This document shows, one piece after another, positions 35,540 to 47,679 of a stretch of DNA of 64,000 nucleotides. The DNA is from Asterias rubens. Taxonomy: Eukaryota. How positions within the stretch are numbered: the stretch's first letter is position 1; each line of letters starts with the position of its first letter. The translations under genes were made by a program, and so were the position numbers. The notes below the pieces were generated by a model, which searched no databases, had not been told where the DNA came from, and saw nothing but the letters and a program-made list of their open reading frames with translations. The stretch lies in assembly GCF_902459465.1 (NCBI RefSeq), contig NC_047082.1:6262001-6326000 (forward strand). Direction: 5' to 3'.

Positions 35540-37968
35540 CCCGAGTAACATACAACTCGTTGGTTTGTGGTTCTGTATTACTCGTTGGGTCGGGTTCCAT
35601 TCCACATTGGTTTGGGGTTACATACTACTCACTGGTTTGGGGTTCCATACCTGTGGTTCGGGGTTCAAAATTACTCGTTGGTTCTGGGTTCCATATTACT
35701 CGTTGGTTGTGGGTTCCGTACTACAAATTGGTTTGGGGTTCCGTACTAAACGTTGGTCTGGGGTTCCATACTAAACGTTGGTTTGGGGTTCCATACTAAA
35801 CGTTGGTTTGGGGTTCCGTACGAAACGTTGGTTTGGGGTTCCATACTAAACGTTGGTTTGGGGTTCCGTACTAAACGTTGGTTTTGGGGTTCCATACTAA
35901 ACGTTGGTTTGGGGTTCCATACTAAACGTTGGTTTGGGGTTCCATACTAAACGTTGGTTTAGGGTTCCATACTAAACGTTGGTTTGGGGTTCCATACTAA
36001 ACGTTGGTTTGGGGTTCCATACTAAACGTTGGTTTGGGGTTCCATACTAATTGGTTTTGGGTTCCGTACTAAACGTTGGTTTGGGTTTCCATACTAAACG
36101 TTGCTTTAGGGTTCCATACTAAACGTTGGTTTGGGGTTCCGTACTAAACGTTGGTTTGGGTTCCAGTCTACTTGTTGGTTCGGTGTTCCGTATTACTCGC
36201 TGGTTCTGGGTTCTATACTACTCACTGGTTTGGGATTCCATACTACGGCTCATGGACGAAAACACCAACAGTATAATGCCAACTTGGTAGCTGACATTTC
36301 ACAAAATGGGTACCTTACTGTAAACCTACACCAATATGGAATGCTCACCTCGTTGGTTTGGGGTTCTGTATTACTCGTTGGTCTGGGTTCCGTATAACTC
36401 GTTGGTTTGGGGTTCCATACTACGCGTTGGTTTGTGGTTCCGTATTACTCGTTGGTTTGGGGTACCGTATTACTCGTTGGTTTGGGGTTCCGTATTACTC
36501 GTTGGTTTGGGGTTCCGTATTACTCGTTGGTTTGGGGTTCCATACTACTCGTTGGTTTGGGGTTTCGTATTACTCGTTGGTCTGGGGTTTCGTACTTCTC
36601 GTTGGTTTGGGGTTCCGTATCACTCATTGGTCTGGGGTTTCGTACTCCTCGTTGGTTTGGGGTTCCGTATTACTCGTTGGTTTGGGTTCCAGTCTACTTG
36701 TTGGTTCGGTGTTCCGTATTACTCGCTGGTTCTGGGTTCTATACTACTCACTGGTTTGGGATTCCTTACTACGGCTCATGGACGAAAACACCAACAGTAT
36801 AATGCCAACTTGGTAGCTGACATTTCACAAAATGGGTACAACTTACTGTAAACCTACACCAATATGGAATGCTCACCTCGTTGGGTTGGGGTTCTGTATT
36901 ACTCGTTGGTCTGGGTTCCGTATAACTCGTTGGTTTGGGGTTCCATACTACTCGTTGGTTTGTGGTTCCGTATTACTCGTTGGTTTGGGGTACCGTATTA
37001 CTCGTTGGTTTGGGGTTCCGTATTACTCGTTGGTTTGGGGTTCCGTATTACTCGTTGGTTTGGGGTTCCATGCTACTCGTTGGTTTGGGGTTTCGTATTA
37101 CTCGTTGGTCTGGGGTTTCGTACTTCTCATTGGTTTGGGGTTCCGTATCACTCATTGGTCTGGGGTTTCGTACTCCTCGTTGGTTTGGGGTTCCGTATTA
37201 CTCATTGGTCTGGGGTTCCGTACTACTAGTTGGTTTGGGGTTCCGTATTACTCATTGGTCTGGGGTTTCGTACTACTCGTTGGTCTGGGGTTTCGTACTT
37301 CTCGTTGGTTTGGGGTTCCGTACTTCTAGTTGGTGTGGGGTTCCGTATTACGCGTTGGTCTTTGGTTCCATATTACTCTTTGGTTTGTGGCTCCGTATTA
37401 CTCGTTGGTTTGGGGTTCCATACTACTCGTTGGTCTGGGGTACCGTATTGCTCGTTGGTTTAGGGTTCCCTATTACTCGTTGGTTTGGGGTTCCGTATTA
37501 CTCGTTGGTCTGGGGTTCCGTATTACTCGTTGGTCTTGGGTTCCGTATTACTCAATGGTCTAGGGTTTCGTACTACTCGTTGGTTTGGGGTTCCATATTA
37601 CTCGTTGGTCTTGGGTTCCGTACTACTCATTGGTCTGGGGTTTCGTACTACTCGTTGGTTTGGGGTTCCGTATTACTCTTTGGTTTGGGATGCTATACTA
37701 CTCGATGGTTTGGGGTTCCGTATTATTACTTGTTGGTTTATGGTTACATACTACTCTTTGTTTGGGATTCAATACTGCTTGTTGGTTTGGGGTTCCGCAT
37801 TACTCATTGGTCTTGAGTTCCGTACTACTCGTTGGTTTTGGGGTTCCGCATTACTCATTGGTCTGGAGTTCCATACTACTCGTTGGTTTTGGGTTCCATA
37901 TAACATGTTGGTCTGGGGTTCCGTACTACAATTTGATTTGGGGTTCCGTACTACCAATTGGTTTAGGG
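35540..37968. repeat. 25-bp minisatellite (TGGTTTGGGGTTCCGTATTACTCGT)n with sub-arrays and a ~526-bp higher-order duplication
   Basis: Period 25 read directly (e.g. 36481/36506/36531); variant GGTTCCATACTAAACGTT block at about 35725-36150; a non-repeat insert at about 36245-36345 is duplicated at about 36771-36873; orphan units at 39410-39465. Confidence 0.92.
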
Positions 37969-39409
37969 CAGTGATTTAGCTAGGATTTGAAAAGTGGGAG
38001 TGCAAAATGAAAAACAGGGAGTGCAATATTTTTAGAGTCCAAAATTTGTGTGCGAAGCACACAACACGAGCGCGCAGCGCGAAGTCCCTTACGGCCGGGG
38101 TCCAGGGCCCGCTTCAGGGCCCTGGGAGCTCTGGGTACTTTAGAAGCTCTGTGGTGGTCTCTGATGCATTTATGACACCTATTTTTCCAGGTAGAAGTGA
38201 GCTACTTTTGTGTGATTTTTCCTTTTTTATAATAGGTTTAAGGGAAAATAAGGAATGTAAAGCTCAAACAATTTTGGGTTCGCCTGCGATTTTGTTACAA
38301 TTCCGGAAAAAGAAAGGGGGAAAAAATAATAGTAATAACATTTTTTTTTTTTTTTGACGATCTTATCCCTTATTTCTGCCCTTGAAAATGCTTTTTTTTC
38401 TCACCAAAAACCATTTTTATAGGTTCTTGATTTGAAATTCGGTTGTGTAAAAGAAATTCTTTTGCAATTAAATGTTTGTGATTTTAACGATCCGTCGGCG
38501 ACGCACATTTTAAAATATATATAGGCCTATATATTTGGCGAGAGCGACGTGTTTTTGTGAAAGAGGTTGTTATTCAGCATAGGGTATAACTGGAACGAGG
38601 TTGAGATTAGACCCCAACATAGAAATAGAACCAATGAAGAAAGCACGTCGTCCGGACGTACAGTGTGTTCGCTGGTTCCCAATACATCTTTCGCTGGTTG
38701 TGAGGCAATAACAGGTACCAGTTTACCATGGCCTGCCGGCGATCTCAGATTCGTGCCGCGCCGCTCATTGGTTCGTGTGCAAACCTGCACGTACACAGTA
38801 CACAGTACACATGGTGCAAACACGTGCATTGTTTTTTCAGTAGACTTTCAAAAGTCTCCACACGTGTTATCTTTGCTGCACCAGCAAGCGCATTACACGC
38901 AAACATTATTGAACGTACCACTATAAACGAAGCAAGGAATGAGGCAAGTTTATACATCTGTCGCTGCTGCTGCATGCATGCGCGATGCCAGGAAGACAAC
39001 AAGCCGTAAATTGGGCCAGCTGCTGGACGGCAATTTATTGTTTAGGTGCCGGTATTTCATGAACGACGTGTGGGGATCCGCGATAATAACAATTACAAAG
39101 GTAAACTTACATTGTCCGACTAGAGAAGAGGGATTAGAGAAATCCAAATGTATACCCCCAAAAACCTACCCCCCGAATTTTATTGCAAATTCACATCGAA
39201 CTCGGAGACCACAATTTTGAAAGGAAAAAAACCGGAATTCCGGTTTAACCCGGAAGATTCTCAAGCCTGATATCTAGATTACACAAACGTATAATTAAAT
39301 AGTGCACGGCTAGATTTACACCGCCAGGCCGTGCTTGAAAAAATAGGCCGTGATTTCACAAAACTGGCCGTGCAAAACACGGGTGCACGGCTCGCTAGCT
39401 AAAACGCTG
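37969..39409. mobile_element. Non-autonomous hAT-type element (1441 bp) inserted in the minisatellite
   Basis: TIRs CAGTGATTTAGCTAG / CTAGCTAAAACGCTG (13/15 match); exact 8-bp target duplication GTTTAGGG (37961-37968, 39410-39417). No intact transposase. Confidence 0.85.
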
Positions 39410-40220
39410 GTTTAGGGTTCCATACTACTCGTTGGTTTGGGGTTCTGTATTACTCGTTGGGTCTCGGTCCACTGTTTGATATGAAGGATCGCATTGGTCG
39501 CCTTTTTTATCGCATTTGTTATATGGTTTCGCAAATGAAAAGTATAAGGAATGGCTCTTATAAACGAAGCAAATAAATCCAAGATTATGGTATACTGAGT
39601 CGTTATTCACCAGTCTTTTCAGAACTAACACTTCTCAATTTGCACATGGTGAAAACTGCAATTGATCAAGCTTTTAGTTATAAAAAAAAGTGGGCGAAAT
39701 TTATTTGTAAACGGCACAAAAACATGCCAGTTAGTGCCACTTTATACGTTTGAGCTCGTGAAAATGCTGTTTCCAGTAAACAGGTCTACTGGAAAGGTTA
39801 CAATAAAGGTCTTATAGTATGCCCGTTGAACATCCATACACGGACACGCAGTGCTGTAAAGTGGTAAACATATCGATGCTGTAGTCACGAAGCAATCCAT
39901 AGAGCAAACCGTGAGCTTATAGTTTAGAGATTACAGGTGGTTGTAACCCTGAGTATAAGAAAATCAATAATGATCATTGCACAACAATAGAATACCTATA
40001 GAGGAAAGACCAGGGGTCTGTGCACAAACTGAATGGATGTAGATTGCAACAATGCGCAGCCAAACCCAGTCTGCTTTGGTTGAGCCCACTAAATACTGAG
40101 TAGGCATATTTTGGGTTTAGCGGCAAAATGCACCTGTTGGTTTTCCTTCTACTTGTGCAGTTTTTCAGTTGAACCTCCTGTCAGCATGCCCCGCCCCCCC
40201 CAGGGGTCCACTGGTCAAAT

Positions 40221-40942
40221 TAATAATATTAATATAATAATAATAAAACATTTATATAGCGCCAAATCCATTAAAAATGCTCCCAGGCGCTTTTACAACA
40301 AGAACATTTTAACTACAAAAACTAAATAATAAAAAGGTCCAAAATTAAGATCCATAAAATATGATCATAAAACAATAAAGGTACATGTACAAGTAAAAAG
40401 ATGAATATATAATTAATCAAACACATCTAGTAAACGCCACCGATGTTTTTGTTTTGATCCAGTAAAAAACACAACAATAATTATGATAATAACAATTATA
40501 AAAACCGCAACAATGATATGAGGCAGCAGGGCAGTAAGAACATAGAAAAATACTTTAAGTTAAAAATGCTTCCCTAAAAAGATGTGTCTTAAGCCCAGAT
40601 TTAAAGCTGCAGAGGGAGTTTTCCTCCCTGAGACAAGCATTTAGCTGGTTCCACAGACGAGGTGCTATTGCAGAGAAAGCTCTCTGCAATATCTGAGGAT
40701 GAACGTGTGGTCCTATGTGAAGTTGAGTTAACCGTCAGCAATAGTTCACAAAGATAGCCTGGAGCTAGACTGTTTAAACATTTAAAAACTAGCAGACAAA
40801 TTTTATAAATTGTACGATACTTTACCGGAAGCCAGTGCAATTTTATGAGAACAGGGATAAGATCAAATTTTCTAGTACCTGTAAGAATTCTAGCTGCACA
40901 ATTTTGGACACGTTGTAGAGGTGCAATCGTAGTCAGGTGCAA
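40221..40942 (-). mobile_element. L2/CR1-clade LINE 3' fragment
   Basis: LQRVQNCAARILTG...LHWLPVKYRTIYKICLLVFKCLNSLAPGYL is the C-terminal ORF2 signature; 3' end GGCGCTATATAAATG(TTA)n; internally deleted. Confidence 0.88.
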
Positions 40943-41274
40943 ATTTTAGTCAGAATCAACGACCAGTCGATTTATACCCAAAATAGTATGGCTGCCTGGC
41001 TTGTGTTGTGGATTGCTTACCACTGCTACATGCAAACCTCTGAATTTCAGGATTGAAATCTGTCTGTGATTTGATGGCTGACAACAATATCGTTGAATCT
41101 TGGATAATGTTAAAGTAATTTGTTTGGTCAAAAATACTGAATTAAAAACTTGTAATGACATGCATGGTTGTTTTCTCTAGTAGTACTAAAATTAAATATT
41201 ATAAGTCTTCGGTGTTCGGTATATTGGTGCATAACCCGACCGTGGAGGTAGACCTCCGTGACCCAAACAGGCAC

Positions 41275-41657
41275 TTAAAGCCAGTGGACACTATTGGTAA
41301 AATGTCAAAGACCAGTCTTCTCACTTGCTGTATCTCAACATATGCATAAAATAACAAACCTGTGAAAATTTAAGCTCGATTGGTCGTCGGAGTTGCGAGA
41401 TAACTATGAAAGAAAAAAGCACCCTTGTCACACGAAGTTGTGTGCTTTCAGATGCTTGATTTCGGGACCTCAAATTCTTGAGGTCTCGAAATCAAATTTG
41501 TGGAAAATTACTTCTTTCTCAAAAACTACTCCACTTCAGAGGGAGCTGTTTCTCACAATGTTTTATACTACCAACCTCTCCCCATTACTCGTTACCAAGT
41601 GAGGTTTTATGCTGATAATTATTTTGAGTAATTACCAATAGTGTCCACTGCCTTTAA
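41275..41657. mobile_element. Kolobok-like TTAA MITE
   Basis: TTAAAGCCAGTGGACACTATTGG ... CCAATAGTGTCCACTGCCTTTAA. Confidence 0.85.
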
Positions 41658-41719
41658 TGGCTGATGGGTGCCAAGGTAATAAGCAAGGCTAGCGTCAGAC
41701 TGAAAGACATATGTACCGT

Positions 41720-41772
41720 AAGAATAACAGGACAATTGCACGAAAGTTTCGTGCAATTGTCCTGTTATTCTT
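41720..41772. repeat. Perfect palindrome, 26-bp arms with 1-nt spacer
   Basis: AAGAATAACAGGACAATTGCACGAAA-G-TTTCGTGCAATTGTCCTGTTATTCTT. Confidence 0.95.
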
Positions 41773-42821
41773 GTTTTGTTTACCACAAGTGGATTTAGTG
41801 TTTTGTGTTTCCGAGTGTAATTTTGAAAGTACTTTGTGTAAAGAGGACCACAATGGAAGTAAATTTGTTTAGCTTTTGCGATATCCTCGACAATCTCAGA
41901 GTGTCTTTTCTGTATTTTAAAGAATTCTGTGGAGATTGTCTAATTAACAAACAAACAAACAAAAACACCTTGCAGTTAGTATATTAGTTGGTGACCTCAC
42001 ACTAAATACGGACCAGTGAAAAACATGGCGGACTGCTGCAGCTAACATGACTCGTCCCTGTATTGTACGATGTATAATAGTGACAAGTCCATGGTAGTAC
42101 CCATTCAACACGTGACTGTACCACGCCACATTGCTCTGTTGAACCCTGGAGGTTTATTCCCACCTCCATGGTTAAACCGAAGCATTATACATGCATTCAA
42201 CACCTACGAAGTTTAATTCGTTTGAAATTTGTTTGTATTCACAAGATGAATCCATATTTTGCTTATCGTGGTTTAATCGTTACATGGTTATTACTTACCG
42301 GTTCCGAACGAAAACGTCGCAGCAACTTCAGTACAGTTAACACAGCGCAAGGAAAAGGTCACAACAAGTTGTCTTTCCAACAGCTGTGTCACACAAAGGC
42401 GCACGAAGAACGTCAGATACCATACTTTTTGAAGGGGCAATCCAATTCAAGGACACGCGAACCAGGATACGAGGTCACTGTATTAATATATGGGGCGGGG
42501 CATAGAAAAGCTTGGACATCTGACGTCACACTTCGAGGCTCGTGATTAAAATATCATTATTATGGATGTACATTGTAAGGTAATACATGTATGTACTGTA
42601 TACATGTATGTTGTATCAATGACATTGCTGCTTCCGTAAAACCAATACATTACATGTTTTTTAAGAGGCAGCTCTGACACGATACTGTAGTCTTGTTTGG
42701 CGACGCTGTTTGTTTGTATTTTTCACCGGTAGATGGCGCACAACGACTGTTGAATACATTAATACGTGGAATAGCAAAAAATTACCCTTAGTTTGAGTGG
42801 GGAAATGTGCAATTTTTGATA

Positions 42822-43175
42822 TTAAAGACAGTTGGCACTATTGGTAATTACTAACAAATAATTATTAGCATAACACCTTACTTGGTAACGAGTATGGGGA
42901 GAGGTTGACAGTCAAAATAAATGTGAGAAATGGAAGTAATTTTCCACGAATTTGATTTCGAGACCTCAGATTTAGAATTTTTGAGGTCTTGAAATTCAAG
43001 CGTCTGAAAGCACAAACTTTGTTTAAGGGTGTTTTTTTCTTTCTTCATTATTATCTCGCAACTTCGACGACCGATTGAGCTCAAATGTTCACAGGTTTGA
43101 AATGTTATGCATATGTTGAGATACACCAACTATGAAGGCTAGTCTTTGACAATTACCAGTGTCCAGTGTCTTTAA
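42822..43175. mobile_element. Kolobok-like TTAA MITE
   Basis: TTAAAGACAGTTGGCACTATTGG ... GTGTCCAGTGTCTTTAA with the shared internal sequence. Confidence 0.8.
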
Positions 43176-44002
43176 TAGCGTCGTGATGAAATCAAATAAA
43201 TTTGGCTAACATTGGCAAGGGGAACCTTAACTACTAAATGTTATCAAACAAAAAGATACTTTGAAGTGTGCCATTTAAAAACTCGAACAGAGGTTGACAA
43301 AATAGTGTGCGTACAACAACAAGTCTACATTAACCAGAAGCATTCTGAAATGTGTATACATGTGAAGAACATAATTACATTTTATTCAAAGAATTACAGG
43401 TTGTTGTGCACACAGTATATGATTTTGTTGTGACACTAGGATCCGGGAAACAAAGTCATCTCTTTGGACAGTTGGAACAATAATTGTACCCCAATGGTCC
43501 TAGCTCTATGCCCAAACAAAGTCAATTACAATCTGCCTTCCGATAGCGCAAAGGTTGGTCCAAAAAATTGTTTTGAGATGGACTCTCCAGCATGTAAACT
43601 TTTTCCTTGGAGGCTCGGAGGGTTAAATTAACAAATATAGCCAACCAATGTGTAAAGAATCCTCATTGAAGTCGGAGTTTAAATTTTGAAGGATTAACAG
43701 CTACAAACAAACAAACAATCTTTGTATGCAGTTGAAGGACATTGTGATCAGGGTTAATGGTCTGTAAGACCTTTCTCGGACAAGCAAAATTGTCGTTTTT
43801 GCTTTCGTTGTTTTCCTGCAACGTGAGCAACTGAGCCAAAAGTTTCACAGATTTGTTGTTTTAAGCATAATGATGGAATACACCGAGGTATTTGACAATT
43901 ATCAGTTCATACACAAATAGTTAGGTTTGTTTGAGAATTGTATGTTCTTCAAACCAACGAAAGCAAAACCGACAATTTTACCTGTCCGAGAAAGGTCTTA
44001 TT

Positions 44003-44490
44003 CCCTGGGTCGACCCCGGTCTGCCCCGGTACGTTCGAATAGCTTTGATGGGGCTCACCCGGGCCAGCCCCCAGTGCCCTGCTTGTTGAGTAGGTCATTT
44101 GGGGTGACCTGGGGTGCATGCCGTCACAACGAGAGGGTCAGTGTGGTCGTTCGATTAGCTCTTGTCAGGGGCTCACCCGAGTGAGTACCGCGAGGTCGAC
44201 CCAGAGAAGCTTATTATCGAACTCACCCTATATATTGGGTGCGTTCGTTTAGCTTCCCTGGGTCGACCCCGGTGTGTGAATGGTTTTTTTTTCCAGGACG
44301 AACGTGTGCAGATAATTACCCACGTTCGTCCTGGAAAAAAAAAACGCCACACACCGGGGTCGACCCAGGGAAGCTATACGAACGCACCCATAATATGACC
44401 TAGGTGAGCCCCCTTGAGTGACGTCAAAAGCTATTCGAACGCACTGGGGCAGACCGGGAATGACCCAGGGAAGCTAAACGAACGCACACT
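44003..44490. mobile_element. Nested inverted-repeat MITE (inner copy 44237-44389)
   Basis: GGGTGCGTTCGTTTAGCTTCCCTGGGTCGACCCCGG arms occur in both an inner and an outer pair. Confidence 0.7.
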
Positions 44491-45183
44491 GTAAAGGTAA
44501 TTTATTCAATTGATCTCAGCTGGACCATGATGGCGCACTTCTGACAGTATTGCCACTCGAAGAGAATACCTTTCCCAAACCTAGTCTTGGGCGCCGGATT
44601 TGGCTTTAGTATACGTTTAATGTTCGAAACAACTTTAGACAGAGCCGACAGACTGCATATTTAATACAGTTATTCTTTAATATAATCCTCAGCACAGGCA
44701 CTTCACTTAAATGTTAAAACTAATCCTAATCCCACTAACTTTACTCTAAATGTTTATACTGTCCTTATGCATTGACTTCATCCATAAAGAGTTAAACATT
44801 GTGATGAGTTTATGGATGTGCTGTCACATTTTAGCCGAGGGCACTTTACTGACAAGATGTCGTATGAAGTTCTGTTAATTACTTTATACATTGGAAAATC
44901 CAACTTGCAGACAAAGCAATTTTCAAGAAAATCAATTACTTTCTAAAATTATAAAAAACAGCTTGTTATACAAAAAGCGTTTCTTGACTTATTACCACGT
45001 GACAAAAATCTAAGTTCACATTGCGCAGAAGTATGTGTTCACACCACAAAATGGCAATGTATTGGTTTGCGATTATTTAATTCAAGTTACATGTAAAGAT
45101 TGGTGAGCGGCGGTATATTCTCATGTATGAGACTTGACATCGTCTATGTTGCCTTCATATTATTGTTGTTTAGCTATTTTGCC

Positions 45184-45550
45184 TTAAAGTCACCTGGAAT
45201 GTCAAAATAAAGCCTGCCGTCGATTTCACAAAGAGTTAGGACTCGTCTTATCTCGAGTTAGGACGAGTAACTCGTCCTAACTTAGGATTAATTTTAAGGT
45301 CTGGGTGCTACAGTGCAGGGTTGGGACTCGTCCTAAGTCCTAAGATGTGTCTCTAATAATGTGTTTTGATGAGTGGAATGTGAATAAACAGTTAACTAAG
45401 GTTCTAAAAAATTAGTTCTTATCTTATTTACAAATTTAAGAGCAGGCCCCGACCCGAGAAGAAATGGTTTCATTGTTACTGAGCATATACTGTTATAATT
45501 GAAAAAATAAAATAAAAATCAATTTCCAGGTGACTTTAAGGTGACTTTAA
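45184..45550. mobile_element. TTAAAGTCACCTGGA-type MITE with a nested GATTTCACAAA/GTCCTAAG element
   Basis: TTAAAGTCACCTGGA ... TCCAGGTGACTTTAA ends; inner about 45215-45345 is rich in GTTAGGAC/GTCCTAAC repeats. A related fragment lies at about 56690-56790. Confidence 0.65.
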
Positions 45551-45817
45551 AAGTAATATTCACTGTTAATTTTAAAGACGGTGTGACGTCCGAAAATGGC
45601 ATAACATTGGTTGCTACTGCTATAGTAAAGGAGGGAAATTATTTTGGGGATTGTGGAGGGCAGTAAATTTAAAATTAGACATCACCACAACTTATTCTGC
45701 TTCGCTGATAATCACTAATCATATCTGTGGAGTTATTAAATAATCTAGCAATCCATTCTCAATTCATTATGTTGTCAATTCGGCCGTTTCTCCAGCGGTT
45801 TGTTCTTTTGTATGTTG

Positions 45818-46002
45818 TCAGTTGTTGAAATAATAACAAGAACTATCCATCGGGATATCCTTTTTATCAGCTTCCTCACAATGACGTCATTGATTTGGCA
45901 GAGCTGCTCTTTGCTGCTGCGTCCAAGTCGTACATTGAAGGAGCGGCATCTAGGCTCATCCCGGCACGCTGAGCCACACGCAACCACGCCCTTGATCGGT
46001 AC
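45818..46002 (-). pseudogene. Disabled PAN/apple domain continuing the lectin gene
   Basis: In frame after the TAG: VPIKGVVACGSACRDEPRCRSFN...LCQIND. A 1-nt shift near 45878 restores EEADKKDIPMDSSCYYFNN-stop. Confidence 0.75.
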
Positions 46003-46560
46003 CTACTCGATGACATGACCGGTCAGGCAGTGGGATGCGAAGCGGCCGTTGGTGTCTGCTTGCAGGCAGTGCAGACGGATATGCGGGGTGGTTGGTGCGA
46101 CGGCAGGTCGCTGGCAGACCACGTATTTTGGCCAGATACAAGTATTATCACTCCAGCGACCATTGAAATCAGGATTCATGAACGCGCAATCTTCACCCCC
46201 TGCATTGTTGGGTTCTCCTGGATACCAGTTGAAGAAACTACATTCTTCACCCCCGTCACCAGGCTGCAACCACTTGCCTTCTTCCTCCTTGTCAGTACAG
46301 CCGATATAAACTGCTTCTGAATCAACTGCATTGACCAACTCCCAGATAAATAGATGCTCTTGGAGTGAAGTAGGGACTGCCACACGGCTTCTCATGTCGG
46401 TACATGTGATGTCTGCGTCATCAAAAGTCATTCTCTCCATCACTGACTTGTAGCATGACTCGCCAAATATAACCCACTCGGAGGGGCAGATCAAATCTTC
46501 ATTGCAGCTCGATACCAAGAAATAAAAGGCAACTGCGAAAAGTAAAACTAAAGTTTTCAT
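46003..46560 (-). CDS. Secreted C-type lectin (signal peptide plus CTLD with EPN motif), intronless, ending at a premature TAG
   Basis: MKTLVLLFAVAFYFLVSS signal; CPSEW...SCY; YIGCTDKEEEGKW; NWYPGEPNN...EDCA...GRWSDNTC...VVCQ. Confidence 0.9.
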   Translation of the reverse strand: MKTLVLLFAVAFYFLVSSCNEDLICPSEWVIFGESCYKSVMERMTFDDADITCTDMRSRVAVPTSLQEHLFIWELVNAVDSEAVYIGCTDKEEEGKWLQPGDGGEECSFFNWYPGEPNNAGGEDCAFMNPDFNGRWSDNTCIWPKYVVCQRPAVAPTTPHIRLHCLQADTNGRFASHCLTGHVIE

Positions 46561-47679
46561 GATTGACAATAAAGGAGAAATTTTGCAGGCAACGCTAGAA
46601 AACTCCAACTTGCATGAACAACGCTTTGCCTACTCTGGTATCAACAGGTAAACAGTTGACTTAAATAAAACAATTAAGCATCTGAGGTTTTCAAATCTCA
46701 GCGTCACGTTGCTATGGTGATCCAATTGTATTATTTTCCAGCAGTTCTGATCCTAATCTGTCGATTCAAAGGCAGGATACTCAAAAAAGGTTACTCAAAA
46801 AGAAATTACGTATTTGTAATCGTATTTGCACAATCATCATTGTGTATCGCATCGCAGAGACGTGTGGACGCATTGATAGAAGAGATCGATACAACCAAAC
46901 CCAAGACCAAGTGCTCGATCGTATTAAAAATTAAAAATTTAAAATACGTCTCCGAGGTAAACGAATACGTTCCTTAAGTCATTGGTTCTCAATACATGCC
47001 ACTTCATCCTCTGGGTTTAATAAACACTCCATCCAACCAACCTGTACAGTGTCATAACTCGACATTTCCATTGGGATTGGGACTGGGTCTGGGGAACGGG
47101 GTAGTGGAACCCGCAGTGCCCCAGTGGCTTAGCATTTGCATGTTTGGAGGTATAAATCAGGCAGTGGTGCCAACGGCAAGCTCATCCTCTTTGCAGCACC
47201 ATTACCAGTGTGGAAGCTACAACTGGTAATTTTTAAAGGCCAAGCAAGTTATAAGGAACGACTTAAGTGGGCCAGCATTCCCATTCAATCCTCAACCTTT
47301 GCCAAATTTCAATGGTCTCACATTGTTTTTGTCTTCCCCTTAATAAAAAAAATAAGTTAGGTCCCTTTTCCGGCCATGTGTCCATCTCCAATGTTTACCT
47401 TTTGGCTTGGTGCCGTAACGTTTTGCCTATATTCATATCAATTGATTCACCACATTTCGTTCTCTGTTGGGCACTCAATAAATGATTTCATAAAATGGCT
47501 ACAATTAGCAGACATTTATTATTTACGACAATTGCTGATACAGTTCAAATTCAAGATTGTTATAAGTTACAAAAAGTTAAACTGAACATAGTAGGCCTAT
47601 ATCTAAAACAAAATCATTACAAACGGTTCTGAATTGAAATTTAGCATTTTTTTTAATGAAGAGGGAGGGCATAATGTGA

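Noticed and set aside
35540-37968. CRISPR-like look of the repeat arrays (also 16576-17125, 47680-48398, 52364-52842)
   Set aside because: Units are head-to-tail without unique spacers, the context is eukaryotic, and there are no cas genes.
35475-37979. Many overlapping ORFs with WFGVPYYSLVWGS repeats
   Set aside because: Translation of a 25-bp minisatellite; the period is not a multiple of 3, so the same peptide appears in all three frames.
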